Source of the DNA: Dehalococcoidia bacterium
GTDB taxonomy: Bacteria; Chloroflexota; Dehalococcoidia; Lucifugimonadales; CATOSD01
Direction of reading: 5' to 3'
DNA: 64,000 nucleotides
Assembly: GCA_965203135.1 (NCBI GenBank)
Contig: CBDBBO010000002.1
Coordinates: 641,529 to 705,528 of the forward strand
The position numbers were made by a program, and so were the translations under genes. Below are positions 1 to 9,197 of this stretch, in pieces. Each line of letters starts with the position of its first letter. Within the stretch, counting starts at the first letter, position 1. The notes under the pieces are model-generated. The model had not been told where the DNA came from. It ran no database searches and saw nothing but the letters and a program-made list of their open reading frames with translations.

Positions 1-190
1 GCGGCTTGTCCAAGCCGAGCTGTCGTTCGAGCTCCGCGATCGTCTCGGCATCGGGCTGTTCGTCTTCACTGCTGAGAAGCATCATCACCGGGTCGCCGGG
101 CGCGATCCGCATTATCGAGAAGGTGATGAGCGCGACGAAGAATATCACCGGTATGCTCACCAGCACTCTGCGGGCAATGTATCGCCACAT
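1..190 (-). CDS. ABC transporter permease (Dpp/Opp type), N-terminal 63 codons; continues past window start
   Basis: Own translation of the minus strand from ATG 190..188 (GGAGGTG upstream): MWRYIARRVLVSIPVIFFVALITFSIMRIAPGDPVMMLLSSEDEQPDAETIAELERQLGLDKP. This is the canonical N-terminus of binding-protein-dependent peptide/oligosaccharide permeases. It is absent from the ORF track because no stop lies inside the window. Confidence 0.6.
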   Translation of the reverse strand, partial: MWRYIARRVLVSIPVIFFVALITFSIMRIAPGDPVMMLLSSEDEQPDAETIAELERQLGLDKP

Positions 191-245
191 TTTGTTGCAC
201 CTCCGCCGCCGGACTGCTGGCGCCTCGCCAGCCCCGAAACGCCCG

Positions 246-3200
246 TTACGCGATTGTCGGGATTTCCAATTCGTGAATCAGCGCGACGAATGCCGGCACG
301 TCATCGTCGATTACGCTCTGCAGCGCGGCCGCCTGCGCGTCCACCCTGGCCGACACGTCCTCGAACACGCCGTGGGACTGCTGCGTAGGCACCCAGTCGG
401 CGCTGGACACAACCGCCGTCAGCGCCGCCAGTTTGCCGTTCAGCTTGGTCGCTGTCGCCCTCGTCTCACCGCCGGAGTTGAACAGGACTTCTTCGACCGC
501 CGATAGCTTCCCTTCTATCTGACTCGCGGCCTCCAGCACTGGCTCGGCGCCCGACCTGCCCTCGGCCCGGCTCTTCCAGCCGGCCACCTGATCTCGGATG
601 GAACGCAGACGCGACACCGAGTCATGGGTCTCGGAAATCTTATCCCGTATCGCGATGAGCAGGTCGAACTGCGCTTGCAGGTCCTCGTCCGAGCTCTGGA
701 CGCCCGGGTCCTTCGCGATCTCGAAGTCCTGCTCCAGCACCTGTCCGCCCGCCTCCAGCCGCACCCGGTACGCGCCCGGCGCGGCCACCGGGCCAGTCAG
801 GCTGACCGCCGCTCGGCCGGTCTGCGGCATCGCCTCGCCCTCCACCTTCCGGGCGTCCGGGTAGCGCATGTTCCAGACGAACGAGTTGGCTCCCGCCCCC
901 GCAGGAACTTCAGGCCCGTCCTCAGACCCGCTGGAGAAGCTCTTGATGACCTCACCGTCGGAGTCGAGGAACGTCAGCGTGACCTCTCCATCCGGCTCAT
1001 CTCTCAGATAGTAACACACCACAACGCCGGTGGGCGGATTGTCGCCCGCGTCAGCGAATTTTCGGACGGACCGGCCCTCCGCGTCCTGTTCGAAGTAGAA
1101 CGTCGCCGGAACGCCCAGGGCGAGTTGGTAACTCTTTCCCTCGCCCGTGCGCCTGTCAAGTCCTAGGCCCATGGCGGGCGGGAAGCGATGCGTTGTGCGC
1201 GGCTTGAACAGGTGGGCGTCCGACGCCGCGACCTCGTCCGTGAGCTGGCGCAGTGGGGTTACGTCGTCCAGAATCCAGAACGAGCGCCCGTGCGTTGCCA
1301 CCACCAGGTCCGTGCCCTTGACCACCAGGTCGTAGATCGGCACCACCGGCAGGTTGGAGCGCATGGACTGCCAGGATTCTCCGTCGTCGAACGACACGTA
1401 GATGTTCGTCTCGGTGCCCGCGTAAAGCAGTCCGCGTCGCTCCGGGTCCTCCCTGACCACCCAGGTGAAGTCGTCGTCCGGTATGCCGTTCACGATCTTC
1501 TGCCAACTCTTGCCGTAGTCATTGGTCTTGTACAGCAGGGGGCGGTTGTCATCCAGCTTGTACCGCGTCGCCGCTATGTACGCCGTCGCCGGGTCGTGAG
1601 GCGACACCTCGATCATGGCGATCCTCGTCCACGCCTCCACGTCCGGCGGCGTCACGTTCTCCCAGTTTCCCCCGCCATCACGGGAGATGTGGACGTAGCC
1701 GTCGTCCGTGCCAGCCCAGAGCAGGTCCTTCTCGTGCTGCGACTCCACGAACGCGTAGATCGTGCAGTACACCTCTGCGCCCCCGCCCTCGGACGAGATG
1801 GGGCCGCCGGACAGGATCTGTTTCCCGGGGTCATTGCGTGTAAGGTCGGGGCTTATCGCCTCCCACGTGGTGCCGTCATCGGTCGTCTTGAACGCCACGT
1901 TGCCGGTGGCGTACAGCGTGTTCGGGTCGTGCGGCGAGAACACGATGGGGTACGTCCACTGGAAGCGGTACTTGTACTGGGCCGGGGCCTCGCCTCCCGA
2001 CATCTCGGGCCAGATGGTAACGATGCGCACCTGCCCGGTCGAGTGGTCATACCGCAGCATGTTCCCGCCGCCGCCTGGAGAGCTGCCTATAGAGCCGGAG
2101 TAGACGATGTTGGGGTCGTCCGGCTTCACCGCGATATGGCCGCTCTCCGAGCTGCCCACGGTGTAGTTGTCGCCCCACGGGATCGCGCCCTTCCACGTCC
2201 GGCTCGGCGTGCTGATGGCGCTGTTGTCCTGCTGCGTGCCGTACACGCGGTAAGGGTGCTGATTGTCCGTGGTCACGTGGTAGAAGCACGCGGTGGGCTG
2301 GTTGTAGATGGTCGACCAGGACACGCCGCCGTTGTAGGTGACGGTCGCGCCGCCGTCGTTGCCCTCGATCATTCGCAGCGGGTTGCGCGGGTCTATCCAC
2401 AGGCCGTGATTGTCGCCGTGGGGCGTGCCCACGTCGGTGAAGGTACGGCCGCCGTCGGTCGACTTCCAGCAGTTCAGCGCAAGCGCCCAGACCGTCTCGG
2501 GGTCCTGCGGGTCGGCGAACACGTGCGTGTAGTACCACGGTCGGGCGCGAATTCCCTCGTCCGCGGTCAGGTGCGCCCAGGTCGCCCCGCCGTCGTCGGA
2601 GCGGTACATGCCGCCGTTCTCCTTGTTCTCGATGAGGGCCCACACGCGGCCGGGCTTGGCCGGTGAAACGGCCAAGCCGATTTTGCCGATGAGCCCGGCC
2701 GGCATTCCGGGATTGCGGGTGATGTCCTCCCAGGTGTCGCCGCCGTCGGTGGATTTGTACAGCCCACTGTCCGGCCCGCCACTCGACATCTCCCAGAAGG
2801 TGCGCTGCCGCTGCCAGATCGAGGCGTAGATTAGCCTGGGGTTGTTGGGGTCGATCGAGATGTCGGCCGCGCCGGCCTTGTCGCTCTTGTAGAGCACGCA
2901 CTCCCACGTCTCGCCGCCGTCGGTGGAGCGGTACACGCCGCGCTCCTCGTTGGGACCGAACGCATGGCCCGACGCCGCCACGTACACCGTGTTCGGGTCA
3001 TTCGGGTGAATGCGCACACTACCGATGTGGCGGCTGTCCTTCAGGCCCATGTTGCGCCAGGTCTTGCCGCCGTCGGTGGACTTGTACACGCCGTCGCCGT
3101 GCGTGACGTCGATCCTGATGGTTGCCTCGCCGCTCCCGACGTAGATGACGTTGGGGTCGGACTCGGATATGGCGATCGCGCCCACCGAAGCGGAGGTGAA

Positions 3201-3389
3201 GAAGCCGTCAGAGACGTTCTCCCAGTACGTGCCTCCGTCCTGGGTTTTCCATACGCCGCCTGCGCAGGCGCCGAAGTAAAACACGTTCGGGTCGGTCGGG
3301 TGACCAGCCACGGCAACGACTCTGCCACCTCTGTGCGGGCCGATGTTTCGCCACCTGAGCGCGTTCAGTAGACCTGGTTCAACCGCCAT
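246..3389 (-). CDS. BNR/Asp-box repeat, sortilin-VPS10 / GH74-like double beta-propeller protein (paralog 1), no signal peptide
   Basis: ORF 246..3449. Start moved to ATG 3389 (GGGAGG 9 nt upstream). About 11 Asp-box motifs are present (YKSTDGGKTWRNM, YRSTDGGETWECV, YKSTDGGDTWEDI, YRSDDGGATWAHL ...), followed by a ~330-aa C-terminal region. Roughly 60-65% identical by eye to the paralogs at 9640 and 53088. Confidence 0.8.
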   Translation of the reverse strand: MAVEPGLLNALRWRNIGPHRGGRVVAVAGHPTDPNVFYFGACAGGVWKTQDGGTYWENVSDGFFTSASVGAIAISESDPNVIYVGSGEATIRIDVTHGDGVYKSTDGGKTWRNMGLKDSRHIGSVRIHPNDPNTVYVAASGHAFGPNEERGVYRSTDGGETWECVLYKSDKAGAADISIDPNNPRLIYASIWQRQRTFWEMSSGGPDSGLYKSTDGGDTWEDITRNPGMPAGLIGKIGLAVSPAKPGRVWALIENKENGGMYRSDDGGATWAHLTADEGIRARPWYYTHVFADPQDPETVWALALNCWKSTDGGRTFTDVGTPHGDNHGLWIDPRNPLRMIEGNDGGATVTYNGGVSWSTIYNQPTACFYHVTTDNQHPYRVYGTQQDNSAISTPSRTWKGAIPWGDNYTVGSSESGHIAVKPDDPNIVYSGSIGSSPGGGGNMLRYDHSTGQVRIVTIWPEMSGGEAPAQYKYRFQWTYPIVFSPHDPNTLYATGNVAFKTTDDGTTWEAISPDLTRNDPGKQILSGGPISSEGGGAEVYCTIYAFVESQHEKDLLWAGTDDGYVHISRDGGGNWENVTPPDVEAWTRIAMIEVSPHDPATAYIAATRYKLDDNRPLLYKTNDYGKSWQKIVNGIPDDDFTWVVREDPERRGLLYAGTETNIYVSFDDGESWQSMRSNLPVVPIYDLVVKGTDLVVATHGRSFWILDDVTPLRQLTDEVAASDAHLFKPRTTHRFPPAMGLGLDRRTGEGKSYQLALGVPATFYFEQDAEGRSVRKFADAGDNPPTGVVVCYYLRDEPDGEVTLTFLDSDGEVIKSFSSGSEDGPEVPAGAGANSFVWNMRYPDARKVEGEAMPQTGRAAVSLTGPVAAPGAYRVRLEAGGQVLEQDFEIAKDPGVQSSDEDLQAQFDLLIAIRDKISETHDSVSRLRSIRDQVAGWKSRAEGRSGAEPVLEAASQIEGKLSAVEEVLFNSGGETRATATKLNGKLAALTAVVSSADWVPTQQSHGVFEDVSARVDAQAAALQSVIDDDVPAFVALIHELEIPTIA

Positions 3390-3542
3390 GCTGAGAGACC
3401 TCCCGTGGAGAATCGCGCCGGGTCCGCGCGGGAGCGCAAAAAGGCGCACTTATGGCAAGGGCTGGCGCCCTCTTCGATCTTGCAGACCTTCGAGAACGCC
3501 AGCCCCCTGCCGATTGATTGCTTTTGGTGCGTCCGCTTAGCG

Positions 3543-5684
3543 TTACTGCTTTACCGACACTCCATAGACGAGCGGGTACAGCCAGTTGCCGACGCCTTCG
3601 AGCACGTCCGTGCGGTAGGCGCGAGGGTTGGAGAACATGGCCACGTTGCGCGGCCACTCTTCCCAGTACAACTCGTCGTACTGCTTGACCAGTTCGACCT
3701 GCTTGGCGAAGTCAAGCTCCTCGGCAAACTTGGTCCGGATTTCCTGAGCCTTACCGCCTGGATCCTGCCAGTAGGAGACAAAGTTGGACTTGACGTAGGA
3801 GTTGGTGTGCGGGCCCAGCGGGTCAACTCCGTTGAAGAAGTTGCTCCAGCCCATGCTCATCTCGTAATCTGTCGGCTCGGTGGAACGCTGCATCGCGGTG
3901 GATGCGGCGGTGTCAACCGCGAGGATCTCGGAGGTGAAGCCGATCTTCTCGAGCGTCTCCGCTACGACCAGCGCGGCCTCAGGGATGAAGGTGCTGTCCA
4001 CGGCGATTACGCGAACGTGCTGTCCCGCGACGCCCTCGGCCTCGACGATGGCCTTGGCCCTGTCGACGTCGCCCGAGATGCTCTGGTACTGGTCGCCGTA
4101 GCCCTGCGCCGCGTCGCTCCACTTGGTGCCGCAGTGGATGTAGAAGGCGCACTGCTGCCACCATTCCGCGTCTCCGATGGCCGCAGCCATGGTGCGGTCG
4201 ATTGGCAATGCGATGGCGACCGCCTGGCGCACCTTCGGATTATCGAAAGGTTCTATCCACTGGTTCCAGTTCATGGTGCCCATATTCATGCGGCCCACGC
4301 GCTGAATCTGGATATCCGACTCTCCTTCCAGCGTCTTCGCGACGTCCAGCTTGAAGTCATCCAGGAAGTGGACCTCGCCGGTTCGCAGCGCGGCTGCTCG
4401 AGACGCCTGGTCGGGAATCACCCGGACCTCTTGCTTGTCGATCAGCACCTCCAGCTTGCCGGACAGGAAGTCGTAAGGCTCGGTCCTAGCCAGGAAGTCA
4501 TCGTTGCGCGACAAAAAGATGCCCGTGCCCGGCACCCACTCATCGAACTTGAAGGGACCGGTGCCGATGGCCGTCTTGATGGCCTCGTCGCCCTTGCCGC
4601 CCGCGGGATGCTGCCAGATGTCCTCGTGCATGACCGATGGCATGTACGGGTCTATCTGAGCCATGATCGTCAGGATGTACGAGGACGGCTTGTCTAGTGT
4701 CACCGTCAAGGTAGCCTCGTCCACCTTATTGAACATGTGGCCGATGTCGGCCCTTACGTCGCCAGTGGATTCCTTGCCCGAAAAGCCCCTGTAGTAGGAG
4801 CGCGAGATGCTGCTCAGCACCGCATTGCGTTTGATGCTCTCGATGACGTCCTCGACCCTCAGCGGATCCCCGTTGTGGAACGTCTTGCCCTCACGGAGCT
4901 TAAACGTCCACACGGTGCTGTCGCTGTTGGTGCTCCACTCCTCTACCAACTGGGGCTTGACATTGAATTCCCCGTCGCGGGTGAACAACTGCTCATAGAC
5001 CTGTCGGCCCACGAAGCCCGTCATAATCAGCCCCGTCGCGTGCGGGTCGACGAAGGTGAAGCCGCCCGCGTGGCCGACCACCTTTACCGTGCCGCCCTCC
5101 TGCATGTGCACCGGAGCCGCGGTAGGCGCCTGCATAGCCGGCATCTGGGTGGCCACGGCGGCGATGATCTGGGCCTGTTGTGTCTCCATTGCCTGCGCGA
5201 CTATCGCGGACACCTGGTCCTCGGTGACGCCGGGGCGCTCGGCCAGGGCCGCGGCGATGGCCTCGGCAACCTGGGCCTCGGTGACACCGGGCTGCGCACT
5301 GAGCGCCCGGGCTATCTCGTTCGCCACGTCCTGGGTGGTGACGCCGGGGCGCGCGTCCAGCGCGGATGCGATGGCAGAAGCCACGTCCTCGGACGTGACG
5401 CCGGGCCGGGCGCTAAGCGCCTTGGCTATCTCGTTGGCCACGTCCGAGGAGGTGAGGCCTTGCTGCTGAGCCAGGGCGTCCTGGATCGCCATTGCCACAT
5501 CCTCGGTCGTGACCCCGGGCTGCTGGGCCTCCATCACCTGGCTGATTATGCCCGACACGTCAACGGGCGTCGCCGTGGGGGGCGCCTCCGGTTCCGCGGA
5601 GCTACAGGCGACCACAGCCAGCGCAAGGGCGGTTAATGACGCGAAAATCGCTAGGAATGCCAGTTTAGACCGTGCTCTCTTCAA
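3543..5684 (-). CDS. ABC transporter substrate-binding lipoprotein (family 5, peptide/nickel/opine type) with repeat linker
   Basis: ORF 3543..5834. Start reassigned to TTG 5684 (GGAGGA 4 nt upstream, in frame at codon 51). This gives a signal peptide KLAFLAIFASLTALALAVVAC with a lipobox Cys. The C-terminal ~520 aa match the SBP_bac_5 pattern (GTGPFKFDEW..., FNGVDPLGPH...). Confidence 0.8.
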   Translation of the reverse strand: MKRARSKLAFLAIFASLTALALAVVACSSAEPEAPPTATPVDVSGIISQVMEAQQPGVTTEDVAMAIQDALAQQQGLTSSDVANEIAKALSARPGVTSEDVASAIASALDARPGVTTQDVANEIARALSAQPGVTEAQVAEAIAAALAERPGVTEDQVSAIVAQAMETQQAQIIAAVATQMPAMQAPTAAPVHMQEGGTVKVVGHAGGFTFVDPHATGLIMTGFVGRQVYEQLFTRDGEFNVKPQLVEEWSTNSDSTVWTFKLREGKTFHNGDPLRVEDVIESIKRNAVLSSISRSYYRGFSGKESTGDVRADIGHMFNKVDEATLTVTLDKPSSYILTIMAQIDPYMPSVMHEDIWQHPAGGKGDEAIKTAIGTGPFKFDEWVPGTGIFLSRNDDFLARTEPYDFLSGKLEVLIDKQEVRVIPDQASRAAALRTGEVHFLDDFKLDVAKTLEGESDIQIQRVGRMNMGTMNWNQWIEPFDNPKVRQAVAIALPIDRTMAAAIGDAEWWQQCAFYIHCGTKWSDAAQGYGDQYQSISGDVDRAKAIVEAEGVAGQHVRVIAVDSTFIPEAALVVAETLEKIGFTSEILAVDTAASTAMQRSTEPTDYEMSMGWSNFFNGVDPLGPHTNSYVKSNFVSYWQDPGGKAQEIRTKFAEELDFAKQVELVKQYDELYWEEWPRNVAMFSNPRAYRTDVLEGVGNWLYPLVYGVSVKQ
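5181..5522 (-). repeat. In-frame tandem repeat, 6 x 57 nt (19 aa: [QR]PGVTxEDVAxAIxxALxx) in the SBP linker
   Basis: Read from the translation: QPGVTTEDVAMAIQDALAQ / QQGLTSSDVANEIAKALSA / RPGVTSEDVASAIASALDA / RPGVTTQDVANEIARALSA / QPGVTEAQVAEAIAAALAE / RPGVTEDQVSAIVAQAMET. Confidence 0.8.
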
Positions 5685-5805
5685 TTTGTCCTCCTGTCCG
5701 GTTACGGTTTTGAGACGGGGATGCGCTTGGTGCCCACCTCTCCAGGGCAGTCTCAAGACGCGGCCAAGCGGCCCTCCCCCCGTCGACCAGAAGACGATGG
5801 GGGGA

Positions 5806-5834
5806 AGGTTAGCAACGATTAGAGGCGATGTCAA
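5806..5834 (-). promoter_or_regulatory. sigma70-like promoter for the SBP-BNR1-permease operon
   Basis: Minus strand reads TTGACA (5834..5829), 17 nt ending in TGC, then TAACCT (5811..5806). A C7/G7 hairpin follows directly. About 115 nt upstream of the TTG start. Confidence 0.4.
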
Positions 5835-5943
5835 GACATGTGTGGATGGTCAATGATTATGTCAGGGTGTAAGTGTTCGATGAAAACGTCAGTCCTCTCA
5901 TGGACTGACGTTGACGGCAATTGAGTAGAAGCGGATACAGGTA

Positions 5944-6380
5944 TTGAACGCACTGATCGCAGGCGAGGTGACCGTGGTGCAGGCGGCGGGACTGATGGAA
6001 CTGAGCGAGCGCCATGCGTGGCGACTGCTGGCGGCGTACAGGGCGGCGTACAGGAAGGAGGGAGCGTCTGCCATAGCTCACGGCAACAGAGGCAGGAGGC
6101 CGGCCAGGACCACAGACACCGATACGCAGCAGAGGGTCGTGGAGTTGGCCCAGGGCACTTACATGGGTCTCAACCACACCCATCTGACGGAGGTGCTTTC
6201 CGAGCGGGAGGGCATATCTCTGTCACGCTCTACGGTACGGTAAGGAGGATACTGTTGTCGGCAGGTCTGCGAAGTCCGCGGCCCCGGCGGGCGCCCAGGC
6301 GCTTCAGCGGACGCGACCCCACCCAGTTCGCAAGAGCCCTCAGCGAGCTGGACATCGGTCTCGTCCTGGCACACTCACTG
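5944..6380 (+). pseudogene. rve-type (IS481/ISNCY-like) transposase remnant with internal deletion
   Basis: The N-terminal HTH part (VVQAAGLMELSERHAWRLLAAYR..EGASAIAHGNRGRRPARTT...LSEREGISLSRSTVRRIL) runs straight into a C-terminal rve tail (DPTQFARALSELDIGLVLAHS) in another frame. The catalytic core is missing and a stop lies just upstream at ~5926. Confidence 0.5.
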
Positions 6381-6398
6381 GACACGACAGAATTAGTC

Positions 6399-7796
6399 TC
6401 AGTTAAGCGCGTAAACCGCGCCCGACGCAGTCGCCGCGTACAGCGTCCCGGAAGCGAAAGCCGGCGACCCGACGAGCCCGCCTTCCAGCCCTATCCTCCA
6501 TATCCCCTTGCCGTCAGCTGTGTCGAAGGCGTACAGCACGCCACCCTCGTCTCCGACTACAAGCGCTCGCCCCAACACAATCGGGGAGCCGACTACGCCT
6601 TCTCCGGCACGCGCGTCCCATAGTAGGCTGCCGTCCGCCTGGCCCAGCGCGAACACCACGCCGGAACGCGCCACTGCGTACACGGCATCATGCGCGACGA
6701 CGGGCGTGGAGCTGAACTCCTCTCCCCGCTTGCGAAAGAACCACACCGAACCCTTGATTGAGGGCGCCTCGCTCAGCATCCGCCAGGCGAACAATTGCGC
6801 CCTGACTCGAAAGAGCGCCTTCTCGAACGGCAGGTCGCGAACGGTCCAGTCCACGGACCGGACTCGGCCCCCGCGGTCGGCCAGGTAGCCGAACTTCCCC
6901 AGCACTACTACGCCTCCCCTGGCAGGGCCCGCGGTCTTGAAGTCCATCCGAAAGGTTCCGGTGTCGCGTCGGAGAGTGTACATCCGGTTGGTCACGTCGG
7001 TGAATATGACCGCCTCGTCGTTGACAGACGGCCCCGACCGCACCGAGTCGCGCGCCTTGTACTTCCAGCGAAGCTCGCCCGTCTGCACGTCCAGCGCGTA
7101 CAGATACCAGTCATTCGAGCCGACGTACAGGACTCCCTCGAATATAGTCGGCGCTGAAAGCGACTGCTCCTCGAAGTCGTACCTCCACCGGGGCTCGCCA
7201 GATGCAACGTCCAGCGCCTCGGCGGCGCCGCCAAGCGTGCTGAACACCACCACGCCTCCCGCCGCTGCCGGAGACGCACGTACCGCCGATCCCAGGTCGC
7301 GCTCCCACCTGAGCTCCCCGGTGCGGGCGTCCAGGCACACCGCTCTGCCGCTCTCCCCCGCCGCGAACAGACGCCCCTCGTGGACGATGGGTGATGCGCT
7401 CAGGGCCGAGCCTAGTTCGAATCGCCACGCGACCTCGGGTTCCGAGGATAGATTCACCTCCGGGGCGTATGCGTTGCGGTCCGGCCCCCTGCTGAGCATC
7501 GGCCACGAGTCCGGCCCGGGAACTGAGCTATCGGACGAAGACGGCGGCGAGTCGAATCGCAGCGGGCCATACCAGTCGTAGGCGATGTTCGCGGCGGTGG
7601 CCAGCACGAGAATGAGCGATACGGCAAGAACCCGGCTGGTGCGTACCGCACCCAGCGTGGCGCGCGCTATTCGCCTCGGCGACCAGGCGCGACCCTCCGG
7701 CTCGTCGTGTGTCCGCCAATGGAGCAGGGGCCCGCTTCCCCGTGGCGAAGACGCGGAACCATTCTTTCTCTCGTCGCCCTGTGACTCCGTTCCCAT
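6399..7796 (-). CDS. PQQ-like (BamB/YVTN-type) beta-propeller repeat protein with N-terminal TM anchor
   Basis: ORF 465 aa. TM helix VLAVSLILVLATAANIAY. Repeated motif of the type CLDARTGELRWERDLG / ALDVQTGELRWKY / ALGQADGSLLWDA. Confidence 0.75.
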   Translation of the reverse strand: MGTESQGDERKNGSASSPRGSGPLLHWRTHDEPEGRAWSPRRIARATLGAVRTSRVLAVSLILVLATAANIAYDWYGPLRFDSPPSSSDSSVPGPDSWPMLSRGPDRNAYAPEVNLSSEPEVAWRFELGSALSASPIVHEGRLFAAGESGRAVCLDARTGELRWERDLGSAVRASPAAAGGVVVFSTLGGAAEALDVASGEPRWRYDFEEQSLSAPTIFEGVLYVGSNDWYLYALDVQTGELRWKYKARDSVRSGPSVNDEAVIFTDVTNRMYTLRRDTGTFRMDFKTAGPARGGVVVLGKFGYLADRGGRVRSVDWTVRDLPFEKALFRVRAQLFAWRMLSEAPSIKGSVWFFRKRGEEFSSTPVVAHDAVYAVARSGVVFALGQADGSLLWDARAGEGVVGSPIVLGRALVVGDEGGVLYAFDTADGKGIWRIGLEGGLVGSPAFASGTLYAATASGAVYALN

Positions 7797-7804
7797 GGCG
7801 GCGA

Positions 7805-7813
7805 ATTATACCA
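7805..7813 (-). promoter_or_regulatory. Extended -10 element (TGgTATAAT) 8 nt upstream of the ATG; possible leaderless mRNA
   Basis: Minus strand reads ...GCGAATGGTATAATTCGCCGCC-ATG(7796). No SD sequence lies between the -10 and the start codon. Confidence 0.35.
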
Positions 7814-7826
7814 TTCGCGCCCACAC

Positions 7827-7959
7827 ACCCCGAAAAATTCCGTCACTTTCCCGCGCCACGCGTTCTCGTTGGTGGTCCATCCATTCTCATCCACGTCCTA
7901 GCGGTTCCCACTCGTGCGCAATTCCTCCCCACAAGTCCGCCCCCAACCCACATTCTCGC
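7827..7959 (+). repeat. Intergenic promoter module, copy A, C-rich upstream arm (cut off from its core by ISAs1)
   Basis: CCCCGAAAAATTCCGTCACTTTCCCGCGCCACGCG...CATTCTCATCCACGTC...CGTGCGCAATTCCTCCCC aligns collinearly with the reverse complement of 39054..38916 (copy B) and of 55537..55385 (copy C). Confidence 0.7.
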
Positions 7960-9187
7960 CAGGGCAATCGCATTTCACTGAGCCAGTACCAGGAGTAGGT
8001 AGTCTTCGTCCCACCCTGCGCGCTTGCGTTTGGCGGCCACGCCCCCTTGTGAGGTGGTCTCACGCTTGAGCATGTTCAGCGCCATGCGACGCAGTACGGA
8101 TAAGTTCTCGGCTGCATTGCCCGTTCTCACCCTGCTGTCGTCTTCACCGAAGGCTACATCCAACACCCAGTGGACAGAGTTCTCGATTCCCCAATGCGCT
8201 CTGACGCTTGCGAGCAGCCGTCTCGCGTCGTTCGGCAGGCTAGATATGTAGTAGCGGGTCTGAGTAGACGCCTTGCTATCCTCAATGCGCTCCGACTCGA
8301 CCATCACCACACTCGCCAACTTTGTCCACTCATTGCTGTCGTTTATGTAGCTGAGGTGGTCAGAGTCTGAGACAGCCCAACACCGTCGTGTCTCGATCCT
8401 TCCATGGTTCTTGTTGACAGTCTCATGGAAGTCGTGGTCGAGGCAGGCAAAGCTAGTCTGTCGGGCCTGATCAAACGTATCCGTCACATCCTGATAGAGT
8501 TGGGGTTGGTTCTCTTTGAGGGACAGGACGTAGTCAGCGCCTCGGTCGACTATCGTCGTCGCTATCTCTTTCTGACACCCCATGGCGTCGATGGTCACTG
8601 TGCAGCCTGACACGTCCAACGTATTGAGTAGTTCGGGTATGGCGGTGATCTCGTTGGAGCGCTCATCCACCTTGGTCTGACCGAGGATCATACGATTGGA
8701 TGACGCCCACGCGCTCACCATGTGGATCGCGGGCTTGCCGGCGACTCTGTCGTAGGAGCGCCGAACCGTCTTCCCATCTACTGCTACGACTTGACCTCTG
8801 GTTACGTCGTTGACCGATTGGACCCATTGCTCGAAGCACTCCTCGAACTGAACAGGGTCCAACCTCGCAAAGATCCTACCGAATGTGTCGTGCGACGGGA
8901 TTCCATTGGGAAGTTCAAGCAGCCGGCCGAACCAGTCCTTCTTGGCCTTGCCGAACATCTCCACATCCACCCATGAGTCGGCTCCACAGATGACGGCGCA
9001 GATGGCTATGACGATGACGTCAATGAGCTTGTGCCGTTTGGCGTGACCTGTTCGCGGGTCTGTCAGCTTGGCGAAATGATCGGTCAGCAAGCATACGGGT
9101 GAATTGTCCATGAGGCCACTCCCACACCAAAGAATGACCACATCCTACTGGATATTCTACTAGACTTGTCTAAATGCGATTGCCCTG
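7960..9187 (-). mobile_element. ISAs1-family insertion sequence, 1228 bp, intact
   Basis: Perfect 16-bp terminal inverted repeats: CAGGGCAATCGCATTT (7960..7975) and AAATGCGATTGCCCTG (9172..9187). Perfect 10-bp target duplication ACATTCTCGC at 7950..7959 and 9188..9197. Confidence 0.9.
7975..9111 (-). CDS. ISAs1 family transposase (H-repeat/DDE_Tnp_1-associated type)
   Basis: N-terminus MDNSPVCLLTDHFAKLTDPRTGHAKRHKLIDVIVIAICAVICGADSWVDVEMFGKAKKDWF and C-terminus RAHWGIENSVHWVLDVAFGEDDSRVRTGNAAENLSVLRRMALNML are hallmark ISAs1 motifs. Start taken at ATG 9111; the ORF opens at GTG 9141. Confidence 0.9.
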   Translation of the reverse strand: MDNSPVCLLTDHFAKLTDPRTGHAKRHKLIDVIVIAICAVICGADSWVDVEMFGKAKKDWFGRLLELPNGIPSHDTFGRIFARLDPVQFEECFEQWVQSVNDVTRGQVVAVDGKTVRRSYDRVAGKPAIHMVSAWASSNRMILGQTKVDERSNEITAIPELLNTLDVSGCTVTIDAMGCQKEIATTIVDRGADYVLSLKENQPQLYQDVTDTFDQARQTSFACLDHDFHETVNKNHGRIETRRCWAVSDSDHLSYINDSNEWTKLASVVMVESERIEDSKASTQTRYYISSLPNDARRLLASVRAHWGIENSVHWVLDVAFGEDDSRVRTGNAAENLSVLRRMALNMLKRETTSQGGVAAKRKRAGWDEDYLLLVLAQ

Positions 9188-9197
9188 ACATTCTCGC

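Noticed and set aside
1188-2666. Long ORFs antisense to real genes: 1188..2666 (492 aa), 38868..40403, 44851..46767 (638 aa), 48115..49782, 51019..52872, 24242..25624, 24985..26619, 35248..36480, 36816..38072 and others.
   Set aside because: They are typical high-GC shadow ORFs. They are Arg/Ala/Gly/Pro/His-rich with low complexity and no recognisable motifs. Each fully overlaps a well-supported gene on the other strand.
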